42,615 nucleotides of DNA from Planctomycetaceae bacterium (lineage in GTDB: Bacteria; Planctomycetota; Planctomycetia; Pirellulales; UBA1268), in NCBI GenBank assembly GCA_018694455.1, contig JABHNP010000304.1, positions 1 to 42,615 on the forward strand. Reading direction: 5' to 3'. The position numbers and the translations under genes were made by a program. Positions 40,550 through 42,615 of the stretch are shown here, piece after piece. How positions within the stretch are numbered: the stretch's first letter is position 1; each line of letters begins with the position of its first letter. Below the pieces are notes generated by a model. It worked only from the letters and a program-made list of their open reading frames with translations. It made no database searches and was not told the origin of the DNA.

Positions 40550-41626
40550 TTAATAATCACCAGTTACCGGTGTGTTTTCACGTCTGCTTAGCAAAGACAT
40601 ATATGTCTCCATTGCAACGTTCTCATTGATAAAGTGCACTGAACCATCTGCAAATGCATGACCGATGACACCACCAGTGTGCCCGGAACTTCCAGCATAA
40701 AAATTCTTCTGCCATGGCAGTCCGGCTTCAGAAGCCTTGTTCATAGTCTGTTCTTTTCCGTTGCCTCCAGCGCTTGATGGCTTCCAACTGGTTTCATTGA
40801 TCCAGGCAACAACAGGTGGTGCGTTTGAGCACCACTGGGTCGCTGCCGCATTTTCAATCAACAAAATTGTTTGGGCGAGACCATCAGTGAATTCTGACAG
40901 GCCTGTATCACCACTGTTGGCTGGGCTTCCCGGCCATGCACCCAAGCGGAGTGCACCTTGCTGCTTCCAAAACCAATCTTGAATTTGTCCAGCTCTCGCG
41001 TGAGAAGCACCGTATTTCGGCTCCTGAGTGCTGTATGCCTGCTTCCAGTACACAGAACCTGTACTTCCACGATAATTGATTGTACCTCTAGCGTCTCTCG
41101 TTTCTAAGATACGTCCCATGTAGTCAGTGCCTTCTTTGTCTTTTAGATCACTAGTCCAAGAAGGGCATGAGAATGCACTGATGATCCGATGTGCTGGTCG
41201 GACTGGGTTCAAGCCAGATATTTTCCAGTTTGCTGGTTTTGGTGAAAGGAAATTGTTGTTATCAATCGCCCCGATCGCGTCGTACATCGGTTGCTGTTCG
41301 ATTGTAGGCAGAAGTTTTGTAGCCCAGGTCCATGAGTTCGTTCCGTGCGTATTGGTTACATTGAGGGCAGAAACACCAGAGCTGTTGTTGAGATAGTGGA
41401 TCGGTGGAAAAAAGTTGTCACTTTTGCGTGCGTTTTGATCTGCAAGCGTATGCATTGCAAGACCAAGTTGCTTGATGTTGTTTTGGCAACTTGATCGACG
41501 AGCAGCTTCACGGGCCTGCTGAACGGCAGGCAGAAGAAGCCCAACAAGGACGCCAATGATTGCAATAACAACGAGCAGCTCAATGAGCGTGAACCCGCGT
41601 GTGCGAGACTTATCGTGTAAACACAT
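40550..41626 (-). CDS. DUF1559 protein with type IV pilin-like (prepilin) N-terminal methylation domain
   Basis: [35 protein letters not shown] is the canonical prepilin cleavage/methylation helix plus DUF1559 signature. The C-terminal [18 protein letters not shown] is H-X9-DG-like. ATG 41626 has GGAG 8 nt upstream. The track uses GTG 41635. Confidence 0.92.
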   Translation of the reverse strand: MCLHDKSRTRGFTLIELLVVIAIIGVLVGLLLPAVQQAREAARRSSCQNNIKQLGLAMHTLADQNARKSDNFFPPIHYLNNSSGVSALNVTNTHGTNSWTWATKLLPTIEQQPMYDAIGAIDNNNFLSPKPANWKISGLNPVRPAHRIISAFSCPSWTSDLKDKEGTDYMGRILETRDARGTINYRGSTGSVYWKQAYSTQEPKYGASHARAGQIQDWFWKQQGALRLGAWPGSPANSGDTGLSEFTDGLAQTILLIENAAATQWCSNAPPVVAWINETSWKPSSAGGNGKEQTMNKASEAGLPWQKNFYAGSSGHTGGVIGHAFADGSVHFINENVAMETYMSLLSRRENTPVTGDY

Positions 41627-41978
41627 GATGAACACTCCAGATCAATTAGGTAGAGAAACAAATTAGATAAAGAAACAAAAGATGTACGGTATAGCTTGAG
41701 CCCATCAAAAAAATTGGATGAAAAATACCAAAGCCCCAAGCCCTCGTATAAAACTAACTGTAACGCGAGACGCGGAATATCACAAGATTCGGTATTGTGA
41801 GAACTCAAGATTTAATTCGTCGCGAGGCATGAAATCGGTTTCATGCGAAGCGTTACTGGGAAAGTAATATTGATTGACTCGTTTCAGAGGTCTTTCGTTG
41901 TGGATGCTTTTTCGGCACGTCGCTGCGGGCCTTGGAAGAGGCCTGCACTAATCCCTTTTTTTCATCGCAAAACCTACC

Positions 41979-42615
41979 TTATTGTGCCTGTTCAAAAGAG
42001 GGAAGAATTCTTTCCGGCAGTGTCTTGAGAAGCGGCCCCATTCCTTTGTTGTGTGACGTGACAATAGCGATCACGTCTAGCTTCGGAAAGAAAAAGATAA
42101 ACTGGCCGCCAGCCCCGCGACACGTAACGCACTCTATTTTCGTTTCACCAACCTCAGCGACGCTCTGCCAAAAAAAGAACCCGTATGAGTTTGTGTCTGA
42201 TGGCGCGCACAGCTGACTTGTTGCCTGCTCAATGTATTCAGCTGGTATCAGCTGTTCTCCATTGAATTGCCCCTGTTGGCGAACAAGAAGTCCCCACTTC
42301 ACCATGTCACGAGAACACATGCTGCTTCCTGCCGCGCTCTTTGGGAGGCCGTTGATGTCCTCCGGCCAGTGGGACTGAGTTATTTTTAGTTTCTCAAGGA
42401 GTTCTTTTTTCAGAAAGTTTTCAGCTGATCCGGGTACCACAGCCTCAATCACTTGCATGGTGATCGCGGGGTCAATGCCCTGGTATTTAAACTCACGAGG
42501 TGCAGATAGAATTGGTGCAGTGCGTTCAAAAAACATCTGCACTTGATGCTGCCCTTGATTCTTCGCAGTGTCGGATCTGATTTGTTGCTGAATTTTTTGT
42601 GGAATGCGAATGCCA
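41979..42615 (-). CDS. Serine hydrolase / beta-lactamase-family protein, C-terminal part (5' end outside window)
   Basis: The C-terminal motif CRGAGGQFIFFFPKLDVIAIVTSHN matches the (H/K)-x-G box plus 'vvvv.tN' tail of class-C-like esterases/PBPs. The reading frame stays open upstream of the track start (42542) to the window edge, so the S-x-x-K part probably lies beyond 42615. Confidence 0.65.
   Translation of the reverse strand, partial: GIRIPQKIQQQIRSDTAKNQGQHQVQMFFERTAPILSAPREFKYQGIDPAITMQVIEAVVPGSAENFLKKELLEKLKITQSHWPEDINGLPKSAAGSSMCSRDMVKWGLLVRQQGQFNGEQLIPAEYIEQATSQLCAPSDTNSYGFFFWQSVAEVGETKIECVTCRGAGGQFIFFFPKLDVIAIVTSHNKGMGPLLKTLPERILPSFEQAQ

Noticed and set aside
41925-41962. Hairpin GCGGGCCT/AGGCCTGC followed by T7, downstream of the partial serine hydrolase
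   Set aside because: The T-run is on the plus strand and 9 nt away from the stem, but the only gene to terminate here is on the minus strand, where the hairpin has a C-A mismatch and no U-tract. A nearby 8-bp hairpin (41827-41846, GCATGAAA/TTTCATGC) is equally uninterpretable. Both may belong to the DUF1559 5' UTR or promoter region.
42459-42543. Apparent 1-nt frame discrepancy (C-run near 42477-42481) when hand-translating the last ORF against the ORF track
   Set aside because: My manual base counting gave a start codon one position off from the track (42543 versus 42542), which would imply a frameshift. The track translation is continuous and fits the family motif, so I attribute this to my own reading error, not a pseudogene. 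Coordinates follow the track.
1-42615. Mobile elements, CRISPR arrays, phage/defence systems, rRNA/tRNA genes
   Set aside because: I looked for transposase/integrase-like ORFs, terminal inverted repeats, regularly spaced direct repeats, nuclease/ATPase/methylase-type ORFs and tRNA-like structures. I found none. Every long ORF is accounted for by envelope or degradative functions.

Overview
This 42.6-kb window (about 50% GC by eye) looks like a chromosomal region from a Planctomycetota-type genome. That assignment is an inference from gene content: DUF1559 pseudopilin-like genes, two PSCyt/DUF1549/DUF1553 + DUF1501 pairs, 'WxRFRG' PQQ-like beta-propellers, many sulfatases, and an 'ERLEPRLAL' N-terminal motif. 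I support 27 protein genes. I found no rRNA, tRNA, CRISPR array, transposase or recognisable defence genes. The genes fall into four co-directional blocks. (A) 136-9134 (+): lipoprotein, orphan exported protein, DJ-1, sulfatase, lactonase-type propeller, ConA-like protein, and a large GH16 protein. (B) 18061-9390 (-): PSD1 -> DUF1501 -> PQQ propeller, then a DEGS-like desaturase and a serine hydrolase. (C) 18532-24121 (+): sulfatase, exported BCP peroxiredoxin, beta-helix protein, EF-hand esterase. (D) 41626-24413 (-): DUF1559 + lipoprotein, then ECF sigma -> FecR/LamG anti-sigma -> sulfatase -> PSCyt1/PSD1 -> DUF1501 -> sulfatase-GH fusion -> sulfatase -> PQQ propeller. Block D is the most interesting candidate system. 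It is an ECF-sigma-headed, tightly packed cluster with a lectin-like anti-sigma sensor. It combines three sulfatases and a glycoside-hydrolase fusion with the functionally uncharacterised PSD1/DUF1501 pair. I read it as a planctomycete-style sulfated-glycan sensing and degradation locus. All functional calls come from motifs read by eye, and no database search was run.
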